From: a virus
Taxonomy: Duplodnaviria; Caudoviricetes
DNA length: 35,325 nucleotides
Reading direction: 5' to 3' (one strand)
IMG/VR virus record: IMGVR_UViG_3300043394_000263
Coordinates: 1-35,325 of that record
A program made the translations under genes and the position numbers. The notes beneath the pieces were generated by a model that did no database searches, was not told the DNA's origin, and worked only from the letters and a program-made list of their open reading frames with translations. Positions 1 to 8,863 of the stretch are shown in pieces (the stretch's first letter is position 1; every line of letters begins with the position of its first letter).

Positions 1-9
1 CGCGTCACC
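1..9. repeat. 9-bp terminal direct repeat CGCGTCACC (left copy); candidate cos overhang or circularisation overlap
   Basis: Bases 1-9 are identical to 35317-35325; the junction lies ~45 bp upstream of the terminase small-subunit ATG. Confidence 0.7.
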
Positions 10-76
10 TGTGCGCTTACTTTAACGTTAAAGAACCTACAAATTGTGATGCTGTTATTTGATACCACAATATGTG

Positions 77-121
77 GTAGGCAAATTTTACCTACATTAT
101 CACTAGGCAAATTTTGCCTAC
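77..121. promoter_or_regulatory. Two copies of the palindrome TAGGCAAA-T-TTTGCCTA; protein-binding sites near the genome end
   Basis: 77-95 GTAGGCAAATTTTACCTAC (imperfect) and 104-120 TAGGCAAATTTTGCCTA (perfect); third copy at 35287-35303. Confidence 0.6.
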
Positions 122-126
122 ACAAT

Positions 127-789
127 TTATTTCTCATGCTGCTCCTTTGCCAGCCTAGACCGTTCTTCTCTGACCTCAACTGAACGCTGGCATCGCGATT
201 GAAACCTACCTTTGGTCATTTCGTGTATTTCTCGTGAATACTTTTGAAGTGCGGCACGCGTGATTCCCAGCTTGCGTGCCGCCGCCGCAAGGGTTGGCGC
301 ATCGTCCCAAACATCTGGCCTAACAACTGTGACCAATGCTGCTGCCCTTAGTCCTATTGAGTCATGGTTGTCTGATTTAGACAAGAAACGTATGATTGCG
401 TTGAGCGTGTCGGCTGGCTCAGAAAACTCATTTTGAACATCAGTCTCCCCCGGCTCTCTCCAGCCTAAGTCCCGATCAATTTCATGCGCGCTTGGTTCGT
501 GCGCAATGGGCGAAAGCTCGCCATTTATCGTGTAACCAGACTCGCCGTCTGTGTGATTGTGGGGATGAATGTGATCTGCGGCGTGCAATTGGTTATTAAG
601 CCCATCTCTACTTGGGTCAAAGTCACACTGAGCTATAAGCCTAAGACAATTTGAAATTAGTTTTTGTGGCAATGGTTTTCTTTTGCGCAATTGAGAAACC
701 CTTTCAACCAGTAATCGCCTAAACCCTTCTGGGTCGTTTTTACGCAATTTCAAAGATGGTAGCCTTGTTAATCTTCTCATAAAACGCAT
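127..789 (-). CDS. Putative transcription regulator with C-terminal helix-turn-helix; candidate late activator
   Basis: HTH-like segment PTLAAAARKLGITRAALQKY; last gene of the replication block before the genome end. Confidence 0.5.
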   Translation of the reverse strand: MRFMRRLTRLPSLKLRKNDPEGFRRLLVERVSQLRKRKPLPQKLISNCLRLIAQCDFDPSRDGLNNQLHAADHIHPHNHTDGESGYTINGELSPIAHEPSAHEIDRDLGWREPGETDVQNEFSEPADTLNAIIRFLSKSDNHDSIGLRAAALVTVVRPDVWDDAPTLAAAARKLGITRAALQKYSREIHEMTKGRFQSRCQRSVEVREERSRLAKEQHEK

Positions 790-832
790 TCTTTGCGGCC
801 TAGCTTTCGATTTGCCGCGTTTCTATTTTATT

Positions 833-1156
833 TTAGACAAGCTCCTGCGGTTTAGCAAAGGCAATCTTGCCTTGAAGCTCTCTCACTCGGAGTTTGTAAC
901 CTTGGTCGGCCACAATCATTCCGTCCACGTTGTAGCCAAGCTCAACCGATCTAGCCATGAGTCTAGGTAGTTCTGCGAACCGGCAATAAACTAACGCAGT
1001 CCCACCGGCAATAATATACTCCCCCCCTATGGGGGGAGTATTTATTGCCGCTGCCGGCAATAATGATTTATTGCCCGGCAATAATGATTTATTGCCGCTG
1101 TGTAAATCACTAAACGATAGCTGCTTAGATTGTTTTTTCGTTTTATGCAAAATCAT
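833..1156 (-). CDS. Hypothetical protein; 5' half overlaps the origin-like repeats and may not be coding
   Basis: 107-aa ORF; the GNKSLLP duplication simply reflects a DNA tandem repeat. Confidence 0.3.
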   Translation of the reverse strand: MILHKTKKQSKQLSFSDLHSGNKSLLPGNKSLLPAAAINTPPIGGEYIIAGGTALVYCRFAELPRLMARSVELGYNVDGMIVADQGYKLRVRELQGKIAFAKPQELV

Positions 1157-1296
1157 AAATTGGCAAACATTTTGGCGGGTTTTCCGCTAACCATCGGCAA
1201 CCATTTATTGCCGCTGTGTAAATTGTTGATTGTCATTTGTTTAAGCCCGGTTTTTGAGTCGTAGCGGCAATAATGTTTTTTGATTTATTGCCGCTG
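981..1296. repeat. Iteron-like cluster of CGGCAATAA/TTATTGCCG repeats; probable replication origin
   Basis: About ten copies in both orientations (981, 1006, 1042, 1055, 1068, 1076, 1089, 1205, 1265, 1285) plus palindrome ATACTCCCCCC-CTAT-GGGGGGAGTAT at 1016-1041, immediately after the primase-helicase gene. Confidence 0.65.
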
Positions 1297-3318
1297 CTAT
1301 TTGGCAATCCAAACGGTGACATGGGAAGAATGATTTGGCTTCAAGTGTTGCTCAATTTCAGGCCATCTGTCTCTTAGTGTTCTGGTCTTTAATGACAACA
1401 CCTTTTCGAGCTTAGAATATACTTCACTCTTGGTCATCCAAGTGTTGATTGTTGATCGAATAGCCTCTCCATCCAGTTCCTTAGCTGGCCTACCTTTTTC
1501 GGTTTCTTCCGGCTGTTCAATTTGAACCCATCGAATGCCATAGTTAGCGTGAGTTAAGAATATGTCCCGCGTGAATTCCCCTGCCAAATCCCTTGCCCCA
1601 GCCCGAGTCCCGCGCTTGGTTAGCATGAGCCTATAGTTGTCATCGTCAATTTGCTTCAGAAACATCATCGCCCGAGTCCAGTTTGTTAGCTCATTTGAAC
1701 CGCCTCCAATGTAGGAATAATCATTCCGAGTCCAACCAGTCTTGGACTTGGCATCCTTGTCCGGCTTGTTCGTGTGGTGCATAAAGAATAAGACCACGCC
1801 TGACGATTCTAGGATCGGATTAATCTGATTACGGAGAAAGATTGAACAAGCCTTCTGATTGGAGATGTCGTCACCAAAGAAAGCTAGCAGAGGGTCAACC
1901 CAAACCAAGTCAGGTTTGTGAATCTCAATCAGCTTTCTAAGTGTATTGCAAAACATCTCGCCAGTGTGGGTTTGGTTTCTGACGAAGATGACATTTTTGG
2001 GGATTAAAACCGATGCATCGCCAATCTGTTCGTCTGTCAAAATGTTTTCCATGCCGCCGATGACGCCTTGAACCATTTCAGCCACGTCCCCAAGGTCGTT
2101 TTCAGCTTGGATTATGAGACTCTTCAACGGTTTCGACAATGTGGATTTGATGCCAAAGAAATCCAGCCCTGCCGCCCAATGACAAGCCGCTTGAACTGCG
2201 ATTGAGCTTTTACCGATGCCAGATTGACCGACAATGACACACGAACCACCACGGCATAGCCAACGCTTGCCAAGCACAGATGAATCATCATTGTTCGGGT
2301 CATAGTCTAGGATGGATTTAATCGTTACAAGCTGCCCTAAAGATTCGTGTTCCTTTTCAGTCTTCCACGCCAACCAAGATTCTGCTCCGGCATTAAGTGA
2401 AAGAAGCGATTGAACATTATTGCCGCGATTCATCCCCGGCAATCTTGAAAACCTAGAAGGGTTTTTGTTTTTGGGGTCAACCCCGTATTGCCTGAAATGT
2501 TCGTAAATCCAAGCGACGCGCTCGTCATATTCATCGCGTGTAGTGGCATCAACCTTTACCCATGCGTGGATTGATTTTCCACCGCTGTGAAGGATAGCAG
2601 TGCAAGGCACGTTAGATTGAGTCAAGATGCTGAATTGATCTTCACAAGATAGCTTGTCAAATTCGATTAGAGTATGGCGAAACGCCTCAACATCGGCATC
2701 TGTCTTGCCGTTAGTAGGATTCACGCGCACGAACGCGCCGCAAACCTGATTTTTGAATAACTTGTTTGGGTCACCATCACAGTCATCCAGTTTATCAAGC
2801 CATTGCTCGCGTGTGAGGACGATTCCTGAATCCTTTGGAGTTGACCTCTTCTCCTTGTTTTCAACCGCATCACACATTGAGATATGCTCGCCGGGCTTGA
2901 AAGCGGCGAGAATGAATCTGCGGCAAGAGTCGTCCAGCGGCGTAGGTAGTGGAGTGCGGTTTTGGGGGTTGTATTTTTTTGGCTCAACCTTGTTTGAGAC
3001 GACAAGCGAAGACGACGGCTTGTAAATCTCGAAATCCGCTTTGATATAACCGCCAGAGTTTAGCAGGTGTCCTCGCGGTTTTTTGTGGGAAGCTTTAAGA
3101 GCGGATTCAAACTTGTGACGAAGTTCCTTTTCAGTCCAAGCGGGCTGACAAGATAGGTTAAATTCGTTTAACAAAGCCCAAACGTCGTGAGCCTCTAGTG
3201 CGAAGCCGTGAGTCAGCAAACATGCCACCGCGAACGTCTGATTGTGTCCGCCTTGGCCTGAAATAGCTGGCGGAACTTTTGAAAGATAGGCTCTTGCCCG
3301 TTCGATTGGTTGCATCAC
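1297..3318 (-). CDS. Primase/primpol fused to RepA-like (AAA_25) helicase
   Basis: N-terminal PPAISGQGGH...PAWTEKEL, central IEFD and HSGGKSIHAW primpol-type motifs, Walker A GQSGIGKS, Walker B LVWVDPL, HHTNK. Confidence 0.85.
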   Translation of the reverse strand: MMQPIERARAYLSKVPPAISGQGGHNQTFAVACLLTHGFALEAHDVWALLNEFNLSCQPAWTEKELRHKFESALKASHKKPRGHLLNSGGYIKADFEIYKPSSSLVVSNKVEPKKYNPQNRTPLPTPLDDSCRRFILAAFKPGEHISMCDAVENKEKRSTPKDSGIVLTREQWLDKLDDCDGDPNKLFKNQVCGAFVRVNPTNGKTDADVEAFRHTLIEFDKLSCEDQFSILTQSNVPCTAILHSGGKSIHAWVKVDATTRDEYDERVAWIYEHFRQYGVDPKNKNPSRFSRLPGMNRGNNVQSLLSLNAGAESWLAWKTEKEHESLGQLVTIKSILDYDPNNDDSSVLGKRWLCRGGSCVIVGQSGIGKSSIAVQAACHWAAGLDFFGIKSTLSKPLKSLIIQAENDLGDVAEMVQGVIGGMENILTDEQIGDASVLIPKNVIFVRNQTHTGEMFCNTLRKLIEIHKPDLVWVDPLLAFFGDDISNQKACSIFLRNQINPILESSGVVLFFMHHTNKPDKDAKSKTGWTRNDYSYIGGGSNELTNWTRAMMFLKQIDDDNYRLMLTKRGTRAGARDLAGEFTRDIFLTHANYGIRWVQIEQPEETEKGRPAKELDGEAIRSTINTWMTKSEVYSKLEKVLSLKTRTLRDRWPEIEQHLKPNHSSHVTVWIAK

Positions 3319-3647
3319 GCCGCCACCTCGATTTCTAACATGGCATCAGCGCAAATCTTTTTTGATCTGGAAATGAGCCTTTGGGTTGGAACGTCTTTTA
3401 TGGCGATGCGAAGAGCGGAAACTATTTTATCTGTCAACTCTTGGCGTTCTTTGTGGCAATCGCAGCACAAAGTTTGGTAGAGATAATCTGGATATTCCCA
3501 AGGTTCAATCTTGGAATATAAGACATGATGGACTTGAAGATTTTTATCCTTTGCAGAACAAAAGGCACATTGCCAACCGTCTCTGTTGAATATCTCAAGT
3601 CGTTTTTTTTGCCAGCGCGGGTCGCGCAATTTTTCGGAGTAAGTCAT
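3315..3647 (-). CDS. HNH endonuclease family protein
   Basis: YSEKLRDPRWQKKR...RDGWQCAFC...LQVHH...TLCCDCH. Confidence 0.85.
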   Translation of the reverse strand: MTYSEKLRDPRWQKKRLEIFNRDGWQCAFCSAKDKNLQVHHVLYSKIEPWEYPDYLYQTLCCDCHKERQELTDKIVSALRIAIKDVPTQRLISRSKKICADAMLEIEVAA

Positions 3648-3726
3648 ATAGTAAATCAGTCAATCAGTCATAATCCCAACTTCTAAAGAATCCCCGAACG
3701 TAAAAGATGACGTAAAGGTTTTTTGT

Positions 3727-4077
3727 TCACAACTTCTGAATCTCTATTTCCCTCAACTCCCTATCATTCCCCTTGCCCTCATAACTCCAAACCCAAATCC
3801 TGCCACCACTTGCCAACCAGATAGCCGCCCTAGGCTCAGCTTTGATCTTGGCGACACGGGCATTGAAGTTTGAAGCTGAATAGCCAGCCGTCACTTGAAC
3901 GAGCACAATGCCGCGACTTGGCGAAATGGCGAGCAGGTCTGCAAATCCGAAGCAATCTCGGCTGATAAATGTGTGCGGAATTTTTTGCTCTACACGCTCG
4001 ACAGTCCAGCCCTGAGCCTCAAGCTCTTTGATGGCTCGCCCCGTGGCGTTAAACGGTTTTTTGCGTTTGGGTTTCAT
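3727..4077 (-). CDS. PD-(D/E)XK nuclease, Holliday junction resolvase-like
   Basis: LEAQGWTVERVE...DCFGFADLLAI...VLVQVT motif pattern. Confidence 0.65.
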   Translation of the reverse strand: MKPKRKKPFNATGRAIKELEAQGWTVERVEQKIPHTFISRDCFGFADLLAISPSRGIVLVQVTAGYSASNFNARVAKIKAEPRAAIWLASGGRIWVWSYEGKGNDRELREIEIQKL

Positions 4078-4192
4078 CTTTTAGAATCTTAACAACCTCT
4101 CTCCACGTCTTACAATTCAAGCACATGCAACCGGAGTGAATGTTATCGTTGGCGATGGAAAGGATTGCGGAGAGTTTTTCTAGTGGGGTCAT
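4049..4192 (-). CDS. Small hypothetical protein, 47 aa (MTPLEKLSAIL...CMCLNC...)
   Basis: Translated by hand; its ATG overlaps the stop of the upstream ORF (ATGA at 4189-4192). Confidence 0.5.
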   Translation of the reverse strand: MTPLEKLSAILSIANDNIHSGCMCLNCKTWREVVKILKDETQTQKTV

Positions 4193-4446
4193 TTGGTTTC
4201 GTTTCTCCAAACTTTGTTGTCGCGGGCTGATTTAAGATTGTCTCGAGCCAACAACAAAATGTTTTGTTGTCCGATGTTATAGCTGTTTGTTTTTTCAACA
4301 ATCTCCGCACTCAATGTCATCCCGTGCGCGACGGCTTCGTCTTGGATGCGAGCGATGTCTGTTTCTGTAAAAGCCCTGTGTGATATTTGAGTTATTGTTC
4401 CGCGCAAGGCATGAAGCGGAACCCCGAGCATAAAGGCTGTTCTCAT
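4189..4446 (-). CDS. Hypothetical protein
   Basis: ATG at 4446 overlaps the upstream stop (ATGA). Confidence 0.55.
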   Translation of the reverse strand: MRTAFMLGVPLHALRGTITQISHRAFTETDIARIQDEAVAHGMTLSAEIVEKTNSYNIGQQNILLLARDNLKSARDNKVWRNETK

Positions 4447-4820
4447 TTCGTTTTGCTTTCTTTGACGTGTGGGAGTTGGGAGTAAAGAGTTAGAACGGTT
4501 GATTTCCAACCAAATTGGTTGTCGTAAGTAGAAACCACACTCTCCAACTCATCCGCAACCTTGCGGAGTTGGTCGCGTTCAGCCTCAACTTGCATGACAT
4601 ACTGAACGGTGTTGGACTTCTCTATCCAGAGTTTCGCCTCATCTCTCTCTCGCTCGAGTCGCCTCATCATATCAATCGCATCGTCAATCGCGTCCACGTA
4701 TGTTTCCGCGTTGTTCAGCCGATTCACGAGTGATTGCACATCCGTCTCGGGTGTTGGTTTTGGCGAGCAAGTGTGAATGTCCACGCCATTTTTACCACAT
4801 CTTGGGCAACTTTTTGTCAT
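4443..4820 (-). CDS. Hypothetical coiled-coil phage protein
   Basis: 125-aa ORF with N-terminal CPRC and PTPETD/RLERERDEA segments. Confidence 0.6.
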   Translation of the reverse strand: MTKSCPRCGKNGVDIHTCSPKPTPETDVQSLVNRLNNAETYVDAIDDAIDMMRRLERERDEAKLWIEKSNTVQYVMQVEAERDQLRKVADELESVVSTYDNQFGWKSTVLTLYSQLPHVKESKTK

Positions 4821-4930
4821 AAATCTTTTAAGGTTTTATCCCCCTCCCAGCCCTGCCCCTGCGCGTTGTCGGTAGCTCAAACCGATTTTTTGCAGTATTA
4901 AAGCAAGGCTAGAGAGTGGGAAGGTTTTAG

Positions 4931-5419
4931 TTAGAACGGAACATCGTCAGAGTTTTCTGGCTTCTCGTTGGGGTTTGTGTGTTTTAGGCTTGTGCCTGTT
5001 CCTTTTGGCTCAATCTTCTTTTCAGACTTACGCGCCGGAATGAAATCCGCAATCTCATTCTTAGCTGGATAATCGCCCTGAGCGTCTTTGATCTTGAGCT
5101 TCAACTTGCCTTCAACGCCGACGCAATCTTGAGCCTCAAGCGTTCCTGTGTCGTATTTTTCCAAGAGATTGCCAACCTCGCAGAAATGACGAAGCTGCAC
5201 ATCCATCTTTGGATGCAAGATGCCGTTCACGTAGCGATACGCGCCATCGGCGTTATACACCAAGACATTGAGTTTGATAAACTCCGTGCCGGGATTCTTT
5301 GAACGTTCGCCACCGACTGCGCGCTCAGCTTTCTGGACGCGGAAGTCATATTCACCTTTCGGCCAAAGTTGAGATTCTTGGATTTCTTTTTCTGTTTTTG
5401 GTTTGAATTGCATTGCCAT
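4931..5419 (-). CDS. Single-stranded DNA-binding protein (DUF669-like)
   Basis: PKGEYDFRV motif, acidic-aromatic C-terminal tail SDDVPF, adjacent to a Sak4-like ATPase. Confidence 0.75.
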   Translation of the reverse strand: MAMQFKPKTEKEIQESQLWPKGEYDFRVQKAERAVGGERSKNPGTEFIKLNVLVYNADGAYRYVNGILHPKMDVQLRHFCEVGNLLEKYDTGTLEAQDCVGVEGKLKLKIKDAQGDYPAKNEIADFIPARKSEKKIEPKGTGTSLKHTNPNEKPENSDDVPF

Positions 5420-5427
5420 AAGTTTTG

Positions 5428-6303
5428 TTATTTGATTTTGGATTTGAGTGATTCGATGATTTTGTTCGCTTGCGTTTCGTTAAACTCGGAGATGGTTTCT
5501 GCGTTAGCTTTTTCAAGCCACTTCTCAACCGTAGCAGATTCAATCTTCAAAAGGTCAACGAGGCGATTGATCTCGGAGACTTGTTCCGTCGTGGCGAGTT
5601 TGATTTGTTTCGCCGCTTTTTCGATTATGTCTTTACCGTAACGCTCCGCGAAGTCTGAAAACTCCATCGGAAAAGATTGGCCTTCAGGGAAGCCAAGCAA
5701 TCGCGATTTCTTGACGACGGCCACGCGAGACGCACCGCGTTTCTGGCAATGGAAAGCAAGGTCAAGCTCGTATATAAGCTTATCCCAACAGTCCGCCACC
5801 TTGCCAAGCTCTACGCGGTCGCCTTTGGCATCCATGCCCCATTCTGCCTTTTCGTGCGCAATAAGGATGACATTCATATCCAGTCGCCCCAATGCCGCAA
5901 CCAAACGCCGCATGTAGGCAATGGCGGGTTTTTTGTCCGCTCCGAATGCGTTCTTGTCGCCAAGCCGCTCGGCTTCGTTTGCGACGGCGTTGTTGAACAG
6001 CTTGGAAACTGAATCAATCACCACGGTCTTGAACTTGTGTTTTTCGGTGGACAATGCTTTGATCTGGTCAATAACGACTTCAAAGTCTAGCGAGCCATCT
6101 TCAACGCCAAGATACTGTCCGCCTGCGTTGGATAGCCGCTCCATGTAATGAGAACGGGACGCGCCGCCCTCAGTGTCGATGTAATAGACGGAAGGAAACG
6201 ACAACCCAAACCACGTCTTGCCTACGCCACTGGCGGAGTAGATGACGAACTTTGGTTTTGTTGGTTCAACCGTCAACGGGTCTTTTGCTTTTAACTTACT
6301 CAT
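5428..6303 (-). CDS. AAA_24 / Sak4-like ATPase (single-strand annealing recombinase)
   Basis: Walker A SASGVGKT, IDTEGG, Walker B VVIDS, LIAHE. Confidence 0.8.
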   Translation of the reverse strand: MSKLKAKDPLTVEPTKPKFVIYSASGVGKTWFGLSFPSVYYIDTEGGASRSHYMERLSNAGGQYLGVEDGSLDFEVVIDQIKALSTEKHKFKTVVIDSVSKLFNNAVANEAERLGDKNAFGADKKPAIAYMRRLVAALGRLDMNVILIAHEKAEWGMDAKGDRVELGKVADCWDKLIYELDLAFHCQKRGASRVAVVKKSRLLGFPEGQSFPMEFSDFAERYGKDIIEKAAKQIKLATTEQVSEINRLVDLLKIESATVEKWLEKANAETISEFNETQANKIIESLKSKIK

Positions 6304-6376
6304 GTGTTTTTTGTTTTTTGTTTGTTGCCCTCTTTTATAGAGCTTCGGGCTTCGCTCAAATCATCTCTCCATCCCT

Positions 6377-6538
6377 TCACTCAATCTGCTCGCGTTTCTC
6401 GCGTTCACGATCTTCAAAGCAATAATCGCAGAGCATTAAGCTGAACCGACTGGAATACCAGCCGCGCGAATTCTCGCAGTCTTCACAAAGCGGGTAATCG
6501 TTCTGTTCTTTGGGTGTTGGTGGTTTGAATCTGTCCAT
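6377..6538 (-). CDS. Small zinc-finger protein, 53 aa
   Basis: Translated by hand: MDRFKPP...CEDC...CDYC... Confidence 0.55.
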   Translation of the reverse strand: MDRFKPPTPKEQNDYPLCEDCENSRGWYSSRFSLMLCDYCFEDREREKREQIE

Positions 6539-6541
6539 AGG

Positions 6542-6694
6542 TCAATTATGGTTACACTTTTTCGGCCTGCCGCCTAGCTTGCCGTTGATTCTGGCAGCAT
6601 CGGCTTTGCGTTTGGATTTAATCCCGCCAAGTAACTTGGCCGGATTCACTTCATTCGCCGCGCCACAGCGACGGCATTGGATTTTGGTTGTCAT
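6542..6694 (-). CDS. Small basic DNA-binding-like protein, 50 aa
   Basis: Translated by hand: MTTKIQCRRCGAANEVNPAKLLGGIKSKRKADAARINGKLGGRPKKCNHN; NGKxGGRP motif; ATGA overlap with the upstream ORF. Confidence 0.65.
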   Translation of the reverse strand: MTTKIQCRRCGAANEVNPAKLLGGIKSKRKADAARINGKLGGRPKKCNHN

Positions 6695-7008
6695 TGTTGT
6701 TGTTCGCCGATCTGTAGCTCATAATGTCCGTGCGCATTGATGATGATGCGCTTTGATTCTTCGATTATTCTTACAGTAAAGTCTTTGAACTTCGGAGTTG
6801 CCCGACTCATCCGCCAAGTTGAGTCTTTGTCCAGCTTGAAATTATTCGCAAATGCAAGCTCCCTTCGGGACTCGATTGCCTTGCAACGATCACAAACAAA
6901 GCAGCCCGCGCCATCCATGCTAAACCCGTGATTGCCGCAAAAACATTTGCCACCACTGAGCTTTGCCGCAGCCCTGCGCTCCCTCATCTTCAAAGCGAAA
7001 TAACTCAT
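6691..7008 (-). CDS. Hypothetical zinc-binding protein
   Basis: CFC and CDRC motifs; ATGA overlaps at both ends. Confidence 0.55.
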   Translation of the reverse strand: MSYFALKMRERRAAAKLSGGKCFCGNHGFSMDGAGCFVCDRCKAIESRRELAFANNFKLDKDSTWRMSRATPKFKDFTVRIIEESKRIIINAHGHYELQIGEQQQ

Positions 7009-7157
7009 AACCCAGCTAACATCCTTTCCAAGTGTTTCAACGACTCGCCAGCAATCGGCGTTTCGTCGGCTTGAATAGTATAGTTTTTCGGGCGATTGCC
7101 GCCGGGCGACTTGAGCTTAAACCCGCAACGCTTTTTGATTCTTGGTTTGTTTTTCAT
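7005..7157 (-). CDS. Small hypothetical protein, 50 aa (MKNKPRIKKRCG...)
   Basis: Translated by hand; ATGA overlaps at both ends. Confidence 0.5.
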   Translation of the reverse strand: MKNKPRIKKRCGFKLKSPGGNRPKNYTIQADETPIAGESLKHLERMLAGL

Positions 7158-7444
7158 TTGGATTTCCAGTGTTGAGTTAAAACCTTTTCAAAAACATCGG
7201 CGTTGTGAGCGATGATCTCGTTTTGCCATTTGTAAAGAAGCGTCATGATTTCATCGTAACTGTTCGCATCGGCTGGTTTGGTGAGATGCTTTATCTTGGC
7301 TAGGATTTCGTCGGGTGTGGTCATGTTAAAAAAGTTTTGATTGTGCTTTTGCCAATCAAACAAATGCGCAACAATCTCAGATGGCTCAAAACCACAAGCC
7401 TTGGCGGACTTTGTTTTCGCGTCAATAAAATCGTCGTAGTTCAT
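7154..7444 (-). CDS. Hypothetical protein; N-terminal ~34 aa resemble the start of a phage SNF2/DEAD-type helicase (possible remnant)
   Basis: MNYDDFIDAK...GFEP...LFDWQKH, then unrelated sequence with an internal Met (MTTPDEIL). Confidence 0.45.
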   Translation of the reverse strand: MNYDDFIDAKTKSAKACGFEPSEIVAHLFDWQKHNQNFFNMTTPDEILAKIKHLTKPADANSYDEIMTLLYKWQNEIIAHNADVFEKVLTQHWKSK

Positions 7445-7689
7445 ACAACCTCCACCTCAAACCCATTCTCAGCCATTGTTTCAATCGTGACGGTTGAGCC
7501 GAAAGTATAATCCCCGCCAACTACGTTATACAGCATCCGAGATGGGATTGAGCCAAAGCCGGGCTGCATGGCGTGAGGCTTCAAAATGACGCGCTTGGGT
7601 TTATCGCCTGCGTTTGGGTTGGCAACAATGTTGCCATTGATATTGTGTTCAGATTTTAGCATGTGTGTGATGTGTTGTGTTGTGGTCAT
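7441..7689 (-). CDS. Hypothetical protein
   Basis: 82-aa ORF directly downstream of attI-2; ATGA overlap with the next gene. Confidence 0.55.
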   Translation of the reverse strand: MTTTQHITHMLKSEHNINGNIVANPNAGDKPKRVILKPHAMQPGFGSIPSRMLYNVVGGDYTFGSTVTIETMAENGFEVEVV

Positions 7690-7720
7690 TTGTTGTTGTG
7701 TTTTAGTTGGTTAAGTTTTT

Positions 7721-8431
7721 CTATTGTGTGTAATGATTGTTGGCAGGCCAGAGGACGCCCTGGGCGAGTCGAGCGACCGCAGCTTTGCAGTAGGTTTCGT
7801 TTGCCTCGATTCCGATGGCTCGCAGCCCGCGCTCTTTCGCGGCCACGATTGCCGACCCGCTGCCCATAAACGGATCGAGGATTGATTTCGCTTCCGGCAT
7901 TTGTCCGAGACACCACGACATCAGGCCGAGCGGCTTCTGGGTCGGGTGGACGCGCTTGCCATCCGGGTTGCGCGAGCCGTCGTATGTTCGGATGTTGCAG
8001 TCGCGGTTTGTCCACGCGATTTCCGCATCCGCCATCGTCAGTCCGCGTTCGGGCTTGTTCCAGATGAGCCATCCGCGAGACGGCGGGAGTTGGTAGTAAT
8101 TGCCGCCCCAGATGATTTGCCAGCGAGTTTTGGCGCAGAGCATTTCGAGCGTCCAGTCCGGCGGCGCGGCGGCATCCCAGTCTTCGTAGTCGCCCTCGAA
8201 TGATTTGCCCCACGTTCCACCTTGCAGCTTGTCGCGCAGTCCATACGGCGGGTCAGTCAGCAGCAGGTCGCACTCCGGCAGCAGCGGCGCGATTTGTCGG
8301 CAGTCGCCGCAGTAGATTGTCACGCCTTCGGACTCGTAATATGGAGTCACGGGCTGGCCTGCTAACAAGGCGGTGCAGCGAATGACGCCATTGCGCCTCG
8401 GTTGCAATTCGGATGTCTCGGTGGGCGTCAT
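7721..8431 (-). CDS. DNA N6-adenine/N4-cytosine methyltransferase, beta class (cassette gene)
   Basis: LLLTDPPYG, HPTQKP, ILDPFMGSGS; ATG at 8431 lies inside the attC and overlaps the upstream stop. Confidence 0.9.
   Translation of the reverse strand: MTPTETSELQPRRNGVIRCTALLAGQPVTPYYESEGVTIYCGDCRQIAPLLPECDLLLTDPPYGLRDKLQGGTWGKSFEGDYEDWDAAAPPDWTLEMLCAKTRWQIIWGGNYYQLPPSRGWLIWNKPERGLTMADAEIAWTNRDCNIRTYDGSRNPDGKRVHPTQKPLGLMSWCLGQMPEAKSILDPFMGSGSAIVAAKERGLRAIGIEANETYCKAAVARLAQGVLWPANNHYTQ
7724..7745 (+). other. attI-like recombination site 2 (TTGTGTGTAATGATTG|TTGGCA)
   Basis: 7724-7741 is the exact reverse complement of 15941-15958 next to intI; it ends in the GTT core and has no attC hairpin. 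Confidence 0.8.
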
Positions 8432-8452
8432 CGCTGACCTTTTTCGTTCTGG
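8360..8452 (+). other. attC site 2A
   Basis: TGCTAAC-AAGGC-GGTGCAGC-GAATGACGCC...GGCGTCATC-GCTGACC-TTTTTC-GTTCTGG: R''/L''/L'/R' layout with two unpaired bases in the left arm. Confidence 0.9.
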
Positions 8453-8592
8453 CGCAGCGCACGCGCCTTGTCCCATCGCGCCTTTGCGGCGGCCCGCGCT
8501 TGCGCCTTCGTGCGGGCTTTTGCTTTGCCAGTTCCCGCCTTGCCGCCCCGCCGCCCGATTGCGGCGAGGTATTTGGTGATTGGGTCGCTCAT
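8428..8592 (-). CDS. Small basic putative DNA-binding protein (cassette gene)
   Basis: MSDPITKYLAAIGRRGGKAGTGKAKARTKAQARAAAKARW...; ATGA overlap with the upstream gene. Confidence 0.7.
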   Translation of the reverse strand: MSDPITKYLAAIGRRGGKAGTGKAKARTKAQARAAAKARWDKARALRQNEKGQR

Positions 8593-8828
8593 ACGCGGCT
8601 CGCGATTGCGAAGGCTTCGATTGCGTCCTCGCGTGATTCGTAGCCTGAGAGTGTTTCCCGGCTGTCGTTGAAGATTACGAACCATTCCCCGGATACGATT
8701 TCCGAGTCTATGATTCCGCCGCCTGCATTCGGGTTGCAGAGCATCGCGCCGGGCCGTGATTCCGTCCAGCCGGTGCAGAGGGTGTTCAGTGCTTCGATTA
8801 CTTGGTTCGATGTCGTGTTCGTTTTCAT
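8589..8828 (-). CDS. Small acidic hypothetical protein (cassette gene)
   Basis: 79 aa from MKTNTTSNQV, directly after a sigma70-like promoter. Confidence 0.7.
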   Translation of the reverse strand: MKTNTTSNQVIEALNTLCTGWTESRPGAMLCNPNAGGGIIDSEIVSGEWFVIFNDSRETLSGYESREDAIEAFAIASRV

Positions 8829-8834
8829 GGCTAC

Positions 8835-8863
8835 ACTTTGCCATGCGCAAGCGGCTTGCGCAA
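8835..8863 (-). promoter_or_regulatory. Cassette-internal sigma70-like promoter overlapped by a palindromic operator
   Basis: TTGCGC-N17-CAAAGT on the - strand; palindrome TGCGCAAGC-G-GCTTGCGCA at 8844-8862. Confidence 0.6.
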
